Positions 41,936-51,883 of a stretch of 64,000 nt of DNA are shown in pieces. Source of the DNA: Candidatus Latescibacterota bacterium (lineage in GTDB: Bacteria > Latescibacterota > UBA2968 > GCA-2709665); NCBI GenBank assembly GCA_965205485.1, contig OZ242180.1, positions 3,776,001-3,840,000 of the forward strand. Direction: 5' to 3'. How positions within the stretch are numbered: the first letter of the stretch is position 1; each line of letters starts with the position of its first letter. The translations under genes were made by a program, and so were the position numbers. The notes below the pieces were generated by a model. That model saw nothing but the letters and a program-made list of their open reading frames with translations, was not told where the DNA came from and ran no database searches.

Positions 41936-42880
41936 ATGATCCGGGTGGAGAACCTAGTCAAGAACTACGGTGAGGTCCGGGCCGTTCGGGACATCAGTTT
42001 CCAGGTCAACGATGGCGAGATTCTGGGGTTCCTGGGTGAGAACGGGGCGGGCAAGTCAACGACGCTGAAGGTGATGACGGGGTATCTGTCGGCAACCGCC
42101 GGCAACGTTTTCGTGGACGACATGAACATCGTGGACGATTCACTGGAGATCCGCAGACGCGTGGGATACCTGCCTGAGTTGAATCCGCTCTACGGTGAGA
42201 TGATCGTCTATGACCTGCTTTCGTTCATTGCAACGATCCGGCGCATGGAAGGCCGGACGTTCCGGCAGGCGCTGGAGCGCGTCGTCGAGCAATGTGGGCT
42301 TGCGGGCGTTGTTCACAGGGCCGTGCAGGAATGCTCAAAGGGATACAAGCAGCGAATCGGCCTGGCAACGGCGATGCTTCACGATCCGGATATCCTGATT
42401 CTGGATGAACCCGTGACCGGGCTGGATCCCAACCAGATTGTGGAAATCCGCGAGTTGATTCGTTCGCTCGGGCGCGAGAAGACGTTGATCATGTCAAGCC
42501 ACATCCTGCAGGAAATCGAAGCGACCGTGGACCGGATCATCATCATTCACAACGGGGAAATCGTGGCGGACGGTCTTCGCGAGGAACTGATGTCCAGCTT
42601 CAGGGGACAGACGCAGTTGACGCTTGAGGTCAAAGACGCGCAAGAGGAGAGCGTTCAGGGGCTGCCCGAACAGCTGCAGGGGGTCGCGCTTTCAGGCGTG
42701 GCCGAGAACAATGGATCTCAGACGCTCGTTCTGGAATACGACCGCGACACGGATCCCAGGGAACGTATTTTCCATTATGCCAGAGACCACGGATGGGTGA
42801 TTCTTGAAATGAGCCAGGCCCGAGTTCAGCTTGAGGACGTATTCAGGAATCTCACGGGAGAGGGGGCGTCCAATGCATAA
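41936..42880 (+). CDS. ABC-2 exporter ATPase (GldA-like)
   Basis: GENGAGKST, SKGYKQR.G, ILDEP..GLDP.Q, SSHIL. Confidence 0.93.
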   Translation: MIRVENLVKNYGEVRAVRDISFQVNDGEILGFLGENGAGKSTTLKVMTGYLSATAGNVFVDDMNIVDDSLEIRRRVGYLPELNPLYGEMIVYDLLSFIATIRRMEGRTFRQALERVVEQCGLAGVVHRAVQECSKGYKQRIGLATAMLHDPDILILDEPVTGLDPNQIVEIRELIRSLGREKTLIMSSHILQEIEATVDRIIIIHNGEIVADGLREELMSSFRGQTQLTLEVKDAQEESVQGLPEQLQGVALSGVAENNGSQTLVLEYDRDTDPRERIFHYARDHGWVILEMSQARVQLEDVFRNLTGEGASNA

Positions 42881-43586
42881 TACGAAGGCGATCTATCTGA
42901 AGGAAATCCGCTCCTATTTCAACAGTCCCATGGCCTACATCTTTCTGGTCATTTTCGCGGTGTTGAGCGGGTACTTCTTCACAAGCACGTTCTTCCTTAT
43001 CGGACAGTCCGATATGCGCGCGCTCTTCAACATCGTGCCGCTGGTGTTCCTGTTCTTCGTCCCGGCCATCTCCATGGGACTGATCGCGAAGGAAAAGAAT
43101 CTGGGCACGATGGAAGTCCTGTCAACCATGCCGATCCAGGACATAGAATTCGTCACGGGCAAATACCTGGCATCGGTGAGTCTGATCGTTGTGGGGCTGC
43201 TGTTTACGCTGGTACATTTCCTCACGCTCCTGGCTGTTGGCACGCACGTCGACGTCGGCGCGGTGATTACCGGTTACGTGGGCCTTGTACTCGTGGGCGC
43301 ATTTTACGCGGCCGTTGGTACGTTTGCAAGCAGTCTGGCGGAAAACCAGGTGATTTCGCTGATCATCGCAATTTCAATCATCATGGTGTTCTTCCTGCTC
43401 GACAAGCTGCTGTTGTTCATACCGGCCGGGCTGGCGACAATTGCGCAATTCATCAGTGTGGACTTTCATCTGTCGAATATCGCACGGGGCGTTGTGGATT
43501 CCAGGAATCTCGTCTATTTCGCCGGGATGATCTGGTTGTTTCTGGCGCTCACCCTTCGGGTTCTGGAGATGAGAAAGTGGAGGTAG
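42873..43586 (+). CDS. ABC-2 permease (GldF-like)
   Basis: KE..SYF.SP.AY, E...GT.E.L...P, GK, ENQ, RGV.D. Confidence 0.9.
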   Translation: MHNTKAIYLKEIRSYFNSPMAYIFLVIFAVLSGYFFTSTFFLIGQSDMRALFNIVPLVFLFFVPAISMGLIAKEKNLGTMEVLSTMPIQDIEFVTGKYLASVSLIVVGLLFTLVHFLTLLAVGTHVDVGAVITGYVGLVLVGAFYAAVGTFASSLAENQVISLIIAISIIMVFFLLDKLLLFIPAGLATIAQFISVDFHLSNIARGVVDSRNLVYFAGMIWLFLALTLRVLEMRKWR

Positions 43587-43589
43587 TCG

Positions 43590-45092
43590 ATGTTTGCGGT
43601 TCACAATAGGCGATCGTTCACCATCTATCTGCTTCTTGCGGTTGTCATCGTCGGGGCGCTCAACTTCGTGTCCAGGGACCTGTTCTTTCGTCTGGACCTG
43701 ACCGCGAACGGGATCTATTCACTTTCCGATTCCAGCAAACGCGTGGTGGCGCAGGTCGAAGATCTGTTGACGATGAAGGTCTACTTTACGGACAACCTGC
43801 CGGCTCAGTACGGCAACAACCGGCGTTACCTGCAGGACATCCTGGAAGAATACGAGGCATTCGGCGGAGGCCGCGTGCGTTTCGAGTTCTTCAGGCCCGA
43901 AGACGACCAGGCGCTGGCCGACGAAGCACGGAAATACGGGATTCAGCCCGTGCCCCTCCAGGTGATTGAAAGTGATAAGATGGAAGTAAAACGGGTCTAT
44001 ATGGGAATGGTGTTTATATACGGTGACGGACGGGAAGTGATCCCGGTCATTGAGACCACAACCGGCCTCGAGTACGAGATCACCACCCAGATCAAGAAGC
44101 TGATCGATACGGAGAAACAGGCGTTGGCGTTTGCGATCATCGGTTCCGAGCCGCCCCGGGTGCGGAACATATCCGCCGTGCTCCAGCAGTCGTACCTCGT
44201 CCGGAACATCAGACTGGCCTCACCGGTGCCCGATGACATCGGCCTGCTGATGATCAGCGGGGTGACGGATTCGTTGAGCGAGGATGAGCTTGCGAATCTC
44301 CAGGCGTTCGCGGACCGCGGGGGCAATCTGTTCATCGGCCAGGGGCGGGTCACCGGCGACCTGAACGGTCAACGCGGCACACCTGTAAAGTCGAATCTGT
44401 TCGACTTTCTGGAGTCGACGGGCCTGCAGGTGAAGGAAAACCTGGTGCTGGACCAGCGGTGCAGCGCGATCACGATCAGCCAGCGCCACGGATTTCTACA
44501 AATGAGCTCCCAGATTCAGTATCCATTCTTCCCGGTGGTGCACCGCTTCGGCGAGCATCTGACGGTGGACGGGCTCGAGCAGGTGCGCCTGCTCTTCAGC
44601 AGCGAGATCGCGCTCGCGGATTCGACCTCGACCGCCGCGCAAACGACGCCGTTGATGTATACGTCCGACCGGTCCGGCGTGATGACCGGATTCTTCAATC
44701 TGCGGCCCCTGGAGAATCCGTTCTTCAACACGTTGAATCAACCGGGAAAGGTGGTTGGAGCGCTGGCGCGGCGGGAGGGCCCGCGGGGGATGAGCCAGGT
44801 CGTGCTGGTAGGTGATTCCGGTCTGTTCGAAGACGAGTCGGGAGGAACCTTTCCGGAGAATTTCGTCTTTATTGCGAATGTCGCCGATTTCCTGATGGGG
44901 GACAGCGATCTGGTGGCGCTCCGATCCCGTGAGATTACGACCCGCCCTCTCGCGGAACTCGACGACGCCGAGAAGGCGCGTTGGAAATGGCTGAACGTAT
45001 TGCTGCCGCCGGTCCTGATCGTTGCGTACGGACTGCTGAGGTGGCGACGGGAAGCCGGGCGTGCAAGGACGTTGGAGGAGCAATATGGCTAA
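43590..45092 (+). CDS. GldG-family ABC auxiliary protein
   Basis: R.DLT....YSLS, LEYEIT..I, C-terminal TM. Confidence 0.88.
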   Translation: MFAVHNRRSFTIYLLLAVVIVGALNFVSRDLFFRLDLTANGIYSLSDSSKRVVAQVEDLLTMKVYFTDNLPAQYGNNRRYLQDILEEYEAFGGGRVRFEFFRPEDDQALADEARKYGIQPVPLQVIESDKMEVKRVYMGMVFIYGDGREVIPVIETTTGLEYEITTQIKKLIDTEKQALAFAIIGSEPPRVRNISAVLQQSYLVRNIRLASPVPDDIGLLMISGVTDSLSEDELANLQAFADRGGNLFIGQGRVTGDLNGQRGTPVKSNLFDFLESTGLQVKENLVLDQRCSAITISQRHGFLQMSSQIQYPFFPVVHRFGEHLTVDGLEQVRLLFSSEIALADSTSTAAQTTPLMYTSDRSGVMTGFFNLRPLENPFFNTLNQPGKVVGALARREGPRGMSQVVLVGDSGLFEDESGGTFPENFVFIANVADFLMGDSDLVALRSREITTRPLAELDDAEKARWKWLNVLLPPVLIVAYGLLRWRREAGRARTLEEQYG

Positions 45093-45771
45093 ACGGGCAA
45101 AACTGTGGCTGATTGTAATACTGGCGCTGGCCGCCGGCGTGGCGTACGTTCAGTTTTCCAAGACGAAACATACGGCTTCCGGCGTGCCGATTTACGCGGG
45201 CAGCCGGGACGACGTTCAGCAGGTTGCGATCGAACGGGGGGGCGAGCGCGTCGAACTGCGACTCGACGGCGACGTGTGGCGGCTCGTGGGCCACGATACC
45301 CTGGAGGTTCGGGAGGCGCCGATTGACAATCTGTTCGACAGGGTCCTGAAGGTTGAGCGCACAACCCTGATGACGCGGAGCGCGGACCGGTGGAGCGTAT
45401 ATTCGGTTGACGATTCAGCCGGGACCCGGTTGTCCGTGAGGAATGCGGGTGGCGAGGAGCTTGCCGCATTCGTGTTCGGCCAGTCCAGGCGGGACTGGAG
45501 CAAGAATTATGTGCGGATCGGGTCTGACAAGGCGGTATATCTGACCAACAATAACATTACGTACTATCTGAATGCGACGCCCGACTTCTGGGGAGCGAAG
45601 CCGGAACCGGCAGCGGCGGACACGACGGGTCCGGATATCGACGTGGGCGCGGATGCCCATTCCAGTGCGCCGCCGGCGTCTCCGGTTCTGATCGACGCGA
45701 AGCGCGATACCTCGGGTCCGCTGAAGCTGAATCTGGATTCAGTGGCGGATACGGCAAAAACGCAAGAGTGA
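45085..45771 (+). CDS. DUF4340-like exported protein
   Basis: N-terminal anchor; typical fourth gene of GldAFG-like operons; G......YVR motif. Confidence 0.7.
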   Translation: MAKRAKLWLIVILALAAGVAYVQFSKTKHTASGVPIYAGSRDDVQQVAIERGGERVELRLDGDVWRLVGHDTLEVREAPIDNLFDRVLKVERTTLMTRSADRWSVYSVDDSAGTRLSVRNAGGEELAAFVFGQSRRDWSKNYVRIGSDKAVYLTNNNITYYLNATPDFWGAKPEPAAADTTGPDIDVGADAHSSAPPASPVLIDAKRDTSGPLKLNLDSVADTAKTQE

Positions 45772-45993
45772 GCTCACGGCACCTGATTCCGCCTGCATCG
45801 TCTGGGCAGGATTCGAAAGGTTTCAATGCCCAACTGGCGCGAGAATTCAATTCTCGCGCTTTTTTCGTGTCCGGAATCCGGTTGCATTGACCTCCCAGGA
45901 TATTATCTTGCGGTCGGCAGGCGCACAAAAGCGCAATCCGATCGCCGGCGCCGCCATACATATGAGTCTGCCGGACGTTTTCGGAGGGTGGTT

Positions 45994-46857
45994 GTGCAGA
46001 TTGCATGGAGCGGCCTGTCTCAGTGTTACGAGTTCGATACCGGTGAAATCATGGGCGGCATCCAACCCTTTACGAACTACCACGGTATCTGCGGGCTGAT
46101 GCACCGGGGCTACATGGCAGGCGTGGTTCGGCACAACAAGGCGTTTTTGAATGCCGAGTATTATCTCAGGCCGGGATCGGGGATGGTGATGTACCCGCGG
46201 CGACTCACCATGGCGAGGGAAGTGGCCCACGAGTTGAAGCACGACGGCGTCACGATCCGATTCCCGCCGGAGCCGGATTTCGGAATGGAATTGGATCTCC
46301 ACTATCGGCCGTTCGGAGATGCGGTGGATCTGAATACGACGATACGGCCGTCGGTGGATATCCGGCGCTTCGAGATTTTCTTCGCCTCGTACATTGCCGA
46401 GATCTTCGACGAGACCTGGGTGCCGATAGCGAATGCCGGGGGGACCCGGTCCTGGACCCGGTTGGACAACCGGGCGGTGATCAACAGGACGTTCGGCGTC
46501 GCCAGAAACGACCTGTCCCGCGAGATGATTCAGGACGGGCGATACGGTGAGCGGGACCGGGCCCTGCATCGGGACCTGGAGGAAAGGGACTTCAGTCTGC
46601 CCATCCTGGCCGCCAGGAACTCGTCCAACGGGTTTACGCTGGTTTTCCTCTGCGACCCCGTCCACACGACCTATCTGACCGGACAGTACCACGGTTGGGA
46701 CACCGCGCACGACTGGTGCTATGGCGGGGACCTCGCGGCGGGCGCGGAGATGGTGACGCGAACGAGAATGGTTTATCGCTGTTTTCCGGAAATACGGGCG
46801 ATGGGAATGGATATCGAATCGTTGTGGACAGCCTTTGCAGGCCCCATTTCCCAATAA
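45994..46857 (+). CDS. Hypothetical beta-rich protein
   Basis: Long ORF co-oriented with the downstream operon; GGAGG 6 nt before GTG 45994; no recognised motif. Confidence 0.6.
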   Translation: MQIAWSGLSQCYEFDTGEIMGGIQPFTNYHGICGLMHRGYMAGVVRHNKAFLNAEYYLRPGSGMVMYPRRLTMAREVAHELKHDGVTIRFPPEPDFGMELDLHYRPFGDAVDLNTTIRPSVDIRRFEIFFASYIAEIFDETWVPIANAGGTRSWTRLDNRAVINRTFGVARNDLSREMIQDGRYGERDRALHRDLEERDFSLPILAARNSSNGFTLVFLCDPVHTTYLTGQYHGWDTAHDWCYGGDLAAGAEMVTRTRMVYRCFPEIRAMGMDIESLWTAFAGPISQ

Positions 46858-46875
46858 ACCTCAGGAGGCAGGAGT

Positions 46876-48114
46876 ATGCTGGCGATCGATGGCGGTGAGA
46901 AGGTTCGTAAAGCGCCCATGCCCGCGCGGCGTCTTTTTGGAGAAGAGGAGAAGCAGGCCGTGATGGCGCTCTTCGACGAAAGTATCCGGACGGGTAACGC
47001 GTTCGGGTACGATGGGCCCGAGGAACGCGCGTACGAACGGGACTTTGCGGATTTCATGGGCGGCGGATACGCCGACCTCGTGAATTCGGGCACGACGTCT
47101 CTCTACTCGGGGCTCGGCGCCCTCGAACTGGAGGTGCCCGGCGAGGTCGTGGTGCCGCCGATCACCGATCCGGGTGGGGTGATGCCCGTGGCGCTCCTGA
47201 ATCTGGTACCTGTCGTGGCGGACGCGGACCCCGGCACGTTCAACGCCGGAGCGGAACAGATCGAAGCCGTGCTGACCGAACATACGCGTGCGATCATCGT
47301 TGCGCATATCGCCGGGGAACCGGCGGACATGGACCCGATTCTGGAGTTGGCCGGGTCGCGCGGCTTGCCGGTGATCGAGGATTGCGCGCAGGCGCACGGC
47401 GCCAGGTACAGGGGGCGGCTCGTGGGCAGTATGGGGGCGATGGGGACATTCTCTACGATGAGCGGCAAGCATCACGCCACGGGCTCCCAGGGCGGCGTGG
47501 TCTTTGTGAAAGATCACGATCTCTACTGGCGGGTGAAGCGATTCTCCGATCGGGGGAAGCCCTTCAATCTCGAAGGGAGCGGCCTGTCCAACACGAGAGC
47601 GAGCCTGAATATGAACGGGAACGACCTGGCCGCGGCGATCGGCAGGGTCCAGCTGCGCCGCCTGGGTGAGATCGCGGATAACCGTCGAACGGCGGGGGAC
47701 GCGATACGGGACGGTATCGACCATCTGAATGCCGTATCCATGGGCAGGCAGGTGACGCGTACCGAATGTGTATACTGGTTCCTGCGCTTTCACCTGGATA
47801 CGTCGAAACTGAGCATGGACAAGGCAGGATTCGTCAGGGCGCTGGTGGCCGAAGGCCTGTCGGCGTCCGTGTCCTACCGGCATATCCCGTCCGAGTCGGC
47901 GTGGTTCAGGGAACGCAGGGTTTTCGGTAACAGCGACTATCCGTGGGGACTTCCCGACTACGGGGGCGACCGCAACGCCACCTTCCCGTGTCCCAACGCG
48001 GTCGAGGCCGCGGAGAGCCACTTTACGATGCCGATCCATGAGAACTACGGAGAGCAGGAGGTGGCCGACATCGTTGCCGCCCTTGAAAAAGTGGAGACGG
48101 CTTACCTGAAATAG
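46876..48114 (+). CDS. DegT/DnrJ/EryC1/StrS PLP aminotransferase
   Basis: LAIDGG, NSGT, IEDCAQAHGA, FS....K....G.GG. Confidence 0.92.
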   Translation: MLAIDGGEKVRKAPMPARRLFGEEEKQAVMALFDESIRTGNAFGYDGPEERAYERDFADFMGGGYADLVNSGTTSLYSGLGALELEVPGEVVVPPITDPGGVMPVALLNLVPVVADADPGTFNAGAEQIEAVLTEHTRAIIVAHIAGEPADMDPILELAGSRGLPVIEDCAQAHGARYRGRLVGSMGAMGTFSTMSGKHHATGSQGGVVFVKDHDLYWRVKRFSDRGKPFNLEGSGLSNTRASLNMNGNDLAAAIGRVQLRRLGEIADNRRTAGDAIRDGIDHLNAVSMGRQVTRTECVYWFLRFHLDTSKLSMDKAGFVRALVAEGLSASVSYRHIPSESAWFRERRVFGNSDYPWGLPDYGGDRNATFPCPNAVEAAESHFTMPIHENYGEQEVADIVAALEKVETAYLK

Positions 48115-48174
48115 GCGGCAATCACCGCGGCACTGACGGGGCGGTACGCACAGGAAACCGAACGGGATCGGAGA

Positions 48175-50250
48175 ATGCCCGAAGCGGATCTCAAACAGAT
48201 ACAGAGCCTCTATCCCGCACAGGAGATCTACCGTACGGCGGACGTCGCCGATCTATGGATGGGGAAAGACGATGCCGGTATCCACCTGTTCAGGGGTTCG
48301 GTGGTCGAGAACGACAGCCCCGGCGCCGGAAGGTCGGACGACCTGGACGAGGAACCGTTTATTGAGATATCCGGCAGCCTGGCGTTGAAAAAAGTACTGA
48401 CGCTTCGGCAAAGACCGTCCGGGCCGGCGCAGGTGGCCTTTATCGCACGGGAGCGGAGAGGTCATTCTGCCACGCTTCGAATCAACGTCAACGGGAGGGA
48501 GGTGCTGCGCCCGCCATCACCCGCGGCTACGCCCGACGCGAAACAATATTGGGAGTTGGCGCCAGACCAGGGCGCCTGGAGCTGGAGCCGATGGTATTAC
48601 GTGGGACTGCCCGACGGTTGCCTTCATCATGGCGAAAACCAACTGGTTTTCGATGTCGCCGGCGGAGGGGTGGGGTGGAGTCTGACGGTGGCGGACTACC
48701 GGGATTACGCAAAGGGGATGCCGGATCCGGTCGTGCTGCCGGCTTCGAGCCATTCGCGCCGAAACGGAGAGTGGGCGTCCGAACGCGGCGAATATGTAAT
48801 CCGGCTGGTCCTGGACGGGTACCGTGAAACCGGACTTGCCGTGTCGCCGGTCATCGATGCCGCGGGTGAAGGGGAGGTTAAACGGCGGCACGCCATTCGT
48901 GGATTGCGTCTGGATTGGGACGTCGACCTGCCCGCCGGTACCTGCGTCCAATGTGACGTGAGGACGGGAAGGCATCCGGTGGTGAATGAGGCGGTCTGGA
49001 GCGACTGGCAATCGTGTGAACGCGGGTCGTCGGTAACGTACATCCTGGGACGTTACGTCCAGTGGCGGATGCGGTTACAGACGTCGGACCCGTCGTACAC
49101 GCCCGTTTTGAAGGCGTTGCGGGTCCTTGCCGACGTCCGGCCGGAGGGAGTCGGGCCGCCCCGGGTCGTCAGTTCGGAAAACGCGGCCATCCGGCGGTCT
49201 TCGCACTGGATCGCGGATGAGGACTACCGGCATGACACATTGATACAACTTCGCGAGCGGTTCGAACTGGATGCCGTCGTCGCAGGGGCGCAGACCGAAT
49301 TCGAAGCGATCGAGCGCCTGATGGCGTGGGCGTATGCCGTTCCTCTGGGTGCGTGCCGGCATTTTCCCTGGGACGTCCTTACATGGTTGATGCTCGATCG
49401 GGATCCATGCGGTGCGATTGTAATGAACCGGTACCCGGAACGGCGGCGCGACAAGATGTGTCTCTATCCCAATGTCGCACTCGTAGCCGCCTGCCTGAGT
49501 TTAGGATATCCCGCGCGGCACGTGAACTTCCACAGCGAAGGTATGACCGGACACGAGATCGCGGAAGTCTGGTCGAACGACTATTGCAAGTGGGTCCACC
49601 TGGACGCGACGCGTGATTTCTATTGGTACGATCCCAAAACGCGCGTGCCGCTGGATACGCTCGAGGTGCACGAGGTCCTGGCGGACAGGCTCGAGGACGT
49701 TGAACGCTGGGATCGACCGTACCTGTTCCGGCAGGACCTCGATGCCCTCGTCCGGGACCTGCCGATTGCGGTTCGGGAAGGAAATCACGAGTTCTCTACT
49801 ACTGAGGGGGCGCACTTTCTGTTCAGGTCGTTCTGCCACTTCCGTATGATACCCCGAAGCAATGTCTTCAGCCAGCCGCGTCCGCTACCGGTGAGCCAGG
49901 GCACGGAAGTCTGGGCCTGGGACGGGTATCTCAACTGGGCCGACGACAAGGTGCCGCCGCTGCCTCACTTCACTCGTCACACGAACCGGCGATCGGATTT
50001 TTATCCGTCGATGAACCGGACCCGGTACACCGTGGTGGGGAATGAGGATGGGACCGCGTTGAGGGTCAGCCTGGAAACGCAGACACCGGGTTTCTCGGGT
50101 TTTCTGTCCAGCCTGGACCGAGACGAGTGGAAGTCTTGCCAGGAGAGGTTCGACTGGCAACTGCACGACGGGCTGAACACGATGCGGGTGCGTGCCGTCA
50201 ACAGCGCAGGCGTGAAGGGCCCGGTCAGCAGTCTTGCCGTCGCATTGTAA
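48175..50250 (+). CDS. Multidomain protein with transglutaminase-like Cys-His-Asp core
   Basis: KMCLY, GHEIAEVWSN...KWV.LDAT; N-terminal beta-sandwich region with GRYVQWR. Confidence 0.7.
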   Translation: MPEADLKQIQSLYPAQEIYRTADVADLWMGKDDAGIHLFRGSVVENDSPGAGRSDDLDEEPFIEISGSLALKKVLTLRQRPSGPAQVAFIARERRGHSATLRINVNGREVLRPPSPAATPDAKQYWELAPDQGAWSWSRWYYVGLPDGCLHHGENQLVFDVAGGGVGWSLTVADYRDYAKGMPDPVVLPASSHSRRNGEWASERGEYVIRLVLDGYRETGLAVSPVIDAAGEGEVKRRHAIRGLRLDWDVDLPAGTCVQCDVRTGRHPVVNEAVWSDWQSCERGSSVTYILGRYVQWRMRLQTSDPSYTPVLKALRVLADVRPEGVGPPRVVSSENAAIRRSSHWIADEDYRHDTLIQLRERFELDAVVAGAQTEFEAIERLMAWAYAVPLGACRHFPWDVLTWLMLDRDPCGAIVMNRYPERRRDKMCLYPNVALVAACLSLGYPARHVNFHSEGMTGHEIAEVWSNDYCKWVHLDATRDFYWYDPKTRVPLDTLEVHEVLADRLEDVERWDRPYLFRQDLDALVRDLPIAVREGNHEFSTTEGAHFLFRSFCHFRMIPRSNVFSQPRPLPVSQGTEVWAWDGYLNWADDKVPPLPHFTRHTNRRSDFYPSMNRTRYTVVGNEDGTALRVSLETQTPGFSGFLSSLDRDEWKSCQERFDWQLHDGLNTMRVRAVNSAGVKGPVSSLAVAL

Positions 50251-50287
50251 CGGGTTTCCGTTCGTTTCTCGCGAATACGTCGCCGCG

Positions 50288-50313
50288 AGCCGCCCCTATG
50301 GGGCGGCTTTTTT
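50288..50313 (+). terminator. Rho-independent terminator
   Basis: AGCCGCCCC-TAT-GGGGCGGCT followed by T run. Confidence 0.85.
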
Positions 50314-50440
50314 ATTTATTGCATGCGACCCGGCCCGGCATCGGTTTTTTTCGCATGCGCAGGATACTTTCCGCCGTGATGCGCATCTTTATTCATGTCG
50401 CGCGTGATGTTTCGCCCCTAAAGCAAGGCGAATATTTGGG

Positions 50441-51802
50441 ATGGATGAAGATCGAGACCTTGTAAGGTTTGCGTTAGCCGGCGACACGCAGGCGTTCGGC
50501 CGCCTGGTGGAGCGCTACGCCGAACGGGTTCTCGCGAGGGTCCGACGTGTGGTCAGCCGGCCGGACGATGCCGAAGACCTGGCCCAGGAGGTGTTCCTGC
50601 TGGCGTTTCGTCGCCTGGATCAGCTCCAGGATGCCAACCGTTTTTCCCCTTGGCTTTCGAGGATCGCTGAGAACATGGCCCGAGAGTGGCACCGGCGGCG
50701 GATCGTGCAGATCCGATTCGAGGAGTTGTTGTCGAAGGAGTGGTCCCGGCCCCACGCGGACGAATCGGAGGCGGAGCGGGAGGCCCGCATGATGGTCAGG
50801 GAGGCGATTCGCCGGCTTTCGGGTGCGCATCGGGAGGTGATCGAACTTCATTATTTCAAGGGTCGCTCGTACGGAGAAACCGCGCATCAGTTGGGACTGG
50901 AAGTCAACACCGTTCGCAGCCGCCTGCAGAAGGCGAGGCGGCGGATCAGAAAGGAGATGAGCGAGATGACAACCGCAGGAAACACATACGATCTTACGGC
51001 GCAGGACCTTCGGGCTCTCCATTGGGCAACCCGGTTTGTAAGCACGGACGAATCGCGACCTATACTCCAGGGTGTGTGCCTGGACACCGGCGGTCGGGTT
51101 CTTGGATGCGACGGAGCGCGGTTGCTGCTTCGCACGCTCGAGGGCACGGAGGATCTCGAGAAGCAGGTAATCCTGGGGCCAGGTTTCGATTTGCCGGCGC
51201 CGCATCCCGAGCGGGCTACGCTGTCGATCCGGGAAAACCGGGCTTTTCTGAAGGCCGTTGGAGAAGACGAACTCGTAATACCGATTCTCGACGAACCCTA
51301 TGTAAACTATGTGGCAGTGATACCGGAAAAGGGCGGCAGTTTCGTTCGGATATCCGCGGGTGAACTGCTGCAGGCAGCAAGCCTTATCACGGAGCATCTT
51401 GAGCCCAGGCATCCGGTTGCAGGGGTCTGGACGTATTCGCCACAAGTGGAGGTTCAGATTTCCAGCGAGCATCAGACGCTCTCGCTGGTCACGTCAAGGG
51501 ACCTGGGCTATCGTGCCGCCAAAGAGAATGCCGGTAAACCTGTATCGAATGACGATGCCCCGTGGGCCGGCGTTCCGTACTGGCGGTTCACGACCTCAAT
51601 AAATGGCAAGGTCAACCTGGAAGACAGTCCTGAACCGTTCAGATCCAGTGTAAATCACGCTTACCTGAGCGACGCTGTCTCCGGAATTGAAAGTGGGGGT
51701 ATGCTGGATATTCACTTTACGGATCCCATGAAGGGTTTACTTTTCACTTCATGCGACTATCCTGACCGGAAAGCGCTTGTGATGCCGATGAGAATCGAGT
51801 GA
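50441..51802 (+). CDS. ECF sigma factor fused to a DnaN (beta sliding clamp)-like C-terminal region
   Basis: Sigma2 DAEDLAQEVF...F.PWL..IA.N; sigma4 L....REVI.L.YF.G.SY.E.A..LG....TVRSRL..AR; then STDESRPILQGV, DG.RL, Y..VIP, N..YL.DA, MPMR. Confidence 0.8.
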   Translation: MDEDRDLVRFALAGDTQAFGRLVERYAERVLARVRRVVSRPDDAEDLAQEVFLLAFRRLDQLQDANRFSPWLSRIAENMAREWHRRRIVQIRFEELLSKEWSRPHADESEAEREARMMVREAIRRLSGAHREVIELHYFKGRSYGETAHQLGLEVNTVRSRLQKARRRIRKEMSEMTTAGNTYDLTAQDLRALHWATRFVSTDESRPILQGVCLDTGGRVLGCDGARLLLRTLEGTEDLEKQVILGPGFDLPAPHPERATLSIRENRAFLKAVGEDELVIPILDEPYVNYVAVIPEKGGSFVRISAGELLQAASLITEHLEPRHPVAGVWTYSPQVEVQISSEHQTLSLVTSRDLGYRAAKENAGKPVSNDDAPWAGVPYWRFTTSINGKVNLEDSPEPFRSSVNHAYLSDAVSGIESGGMLDIHFTDPMKGLLFTSCDYPDRKALVMPMRIE

Positions 51803-51850
51803 GCGTCGGCATGGAAACAGGTACCAATGCAACTCGAATGATAATACAGG

Positions 51851-51883
51851 AAACCGGGCGCTCCCTAAAGGTGCGCCCGGTTT
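51851..51883. terminator. Hairpin between convergent genes (terminator/REP-like)
   Basis: AAACCGGGCGC ... GCGCCCGGTTT. Confidence 0.6.

Noticed and set aside
41936..45771. Gliding-motility system
   Set aside because: GldAFG-like ABC operons are widespread in non-gliding bacteria; no gldK-N or T9SS genes here
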